DNA of 34,716 bases. Origin: a virus (taxonomy: Duplodnaviria; Caudoviricetes). Position numbers and translations under genes: made by a program. Positions 33,448 through 34,716 of this stretch are shown piece after piece (the first letter of the stretch is position 1; each line of letters opens with the position of its first letter). Location of the stretch: positions 1 through 34,716 of IMG/VR virus record IMGVR_UViG_3300020398_000009; one strand, 5' to 3'. Below the pieces are notes generated by a model. It did not search any database and was not told the origin of the DNA. It saw only the letters and a list, made by a program, of their open reading frames with translations.

Positions 33448-34716
33448 TTAGTGATAGAGCGGATCGTTATCGTAATACTGCCGAGCCAAGTCAATCATAT
33501 CGTTCCATAACTCCTGCTCCTCATCGCCGCGCTCCTTCGCTGTCTTATTGTCAAATTTCTCATATAGGTCGTTAATACGCGACCGATAGAGAGACAGCAT
33601 GGTTCGCGTGAACTTGATTAGCGGCTCTTTACTGAGAAGGTCCCTGTGGTCACGATAATCTTCCATCCATTCTTTCTCGCGTCCACCCTCCATCTTAATC
33701 CTCATGTCACGTTTCACCCCATCAAGTTCATTCGCTTCCTCGTAAAAGTCCACGAGCGACCTGGCACTCCCACCTGAAGAAGTCGGACGGAACAACGCTC
33801 GTAATCCCCACAAACGGGTCATGGGCGTGCCTTTTTCTGGAACAGGCGGTCGCACTAACTGGGCAGCGATAGGATTCTCAATTCCGAGGAACTCCTCAGT
33901 TCTCATGATCATATCAGTGGTATCCGTCGCATACTTGCCAATCGCGGCAGTATAACCCTGAATCAGATGGTCGATATGAGCCGCACCGAGGAACGGTCGA
34001 CCAAAGAGCTTCGACAGTTGACGCGCTGTCTCAGACGTATACCTATTGGACTGATACTCAGGGCTGATGACATTCCAGTCATACGGACTGACAATCGGCG
34101 CTCGACGGAAGATAGAGCGGTTGAACCCAGCCTCAACGATAGGGAGAATGATGGTAGGAATCATGGTTCCTATCAAGCTTATTGCAGAGTCTTCATCTGG
34201 GAAGATTTCCTCGATGAACTTCTTGCCGTCCTGTCCTTTATAGACGTAGTCCAAGGCAGATTCAGGGATGTTGCCGAAGAGATGCGCGAGTTCCCACGGC
34301 TTTGGAATCGTAAACCACTCGTGGTTTTTATGTTTCCCTAACGCAAACCACCAGTAGGCATCCTTCTGATACTGTGAAAGTTCCTCGTATTCAGGATCGT
34401 CCTTATTGAAATACCACGCCAACATAGAAAGCAGCGTGATACTACTAAGTGCCTTGACCGTCGACCCGACAGGATCTCTGGTAAAGACCTCCACGAGACG
34501 TGCTTTCCCCTGAAGACCGGCATTAAAGAACGCCTTCATCTGGTTCATCTGGCGTCCAAAACTTCCCATCCGCTTGAAGTTCACCGTCACTTCAGCGGCC
34601 CCATACGCGGCTTGAGCGCGTGCCTCTTCTGGTGAGAACCCCTCCCGCTCCAGCCGTTTGACAGAGAGCATGAAGTCACCTACACGAGATGAGTTTTCCA
34701 TAAACTCTTGAAATCG
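33448..34716 (-). CDS. C-terminal part of giant ejection/polyvalent protein with LPD38-like domain (5' truncated)
   Basis: Frame open to window end; EN..R..F, EVTVNF.R.G, FFNAGLQG, YEEL..Y.KD.YW, IPKPWE, PIVE...N..IF...PIV, IDHLIQGY. Confidence 0.75.
   Translation of the reverse strand, partial: RFQEFMENSSRVGDFMLSVKRLEREGFSPEEARAQAAYGAAEVTVNFKRMGSFGRQMNQMKAFFNAGLQGKARLVEVFTRDPVGSTVKALSSITLLSMLAWYFNKDDPEYEELSQYQKDAYWWFALGKHKNHEWFTIPKPWELAHLFGNIPESALDYVYKGQDGKKFIEEIFPDEDSAISLIGTMIPTIILPIVEAGFNRSIFRRAPIVSPYDWNVISPEYQSNRYTSETARQLSKLFGRPFLGAAHIDHLIQGYTAAIGKYATDTTDMIMRTEEFLGIENPIAAQLVRPPVPEKGTPMTRLWGLRALFRPTSSGGSARSLVDFYEEANELDGVKRDMRIKMEGGREKEWMEDYRDHRDLLSKEPLIKFTRTMLSLYRSRINDLYEKFDNKTAKERGDEEQELWNDMIDLARQYYDNDPLYH

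Noticed and set aside
1-34716. Stop-codon recoding, tRNA genes, integrase/att sites
   Set aside because: Core genes are intact in the standard code using all three stops; no cloverleaf or recombinase motif recognised by eye (tRNAscan and HMM searches not run)

Overview
This window is most of a tailed-phage genome (GC-rich, apparently circularly permuted) with a P22/Sf6-like podovirus morphogenesis module on the minus strand: terS, terL, portal, scaffold, coat, gp4-like adaptor, gp10-like hub, GNAT and an ejection protein. It also carries an LPD38-type giant protein end with tail-fibre genes, lysis genes (GH24 lysozyme, holin-like proteins), and a lambdoid replication/recombination operon (HTH, ERF, exonuclease, SSB, HNH, initiator, DnaB, VRR-NUC). 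A plus-strand early island holds small ORFs plus ArdC-like, CGNR-zinc-finger and NinB-like genes. No integrase, CI repressor, tRNA or CRISPR was recognised. The most unusual features are: (1) terL is split into two separately translated halves with two unrelated genes between them; (2) a coupled four-gene operon of spike/fibre-like proteins all carry Sec signal peptides and even numbers of cysteines; (3) an iteron/ori-like repeat array lies about 11 kb from an initiator gene that lacks it, with two further orphan ori-like palindromes; (4) early genes share repeated leader and N-terminal sequences. All family assignments come from motif recognition by eye, not from searches.
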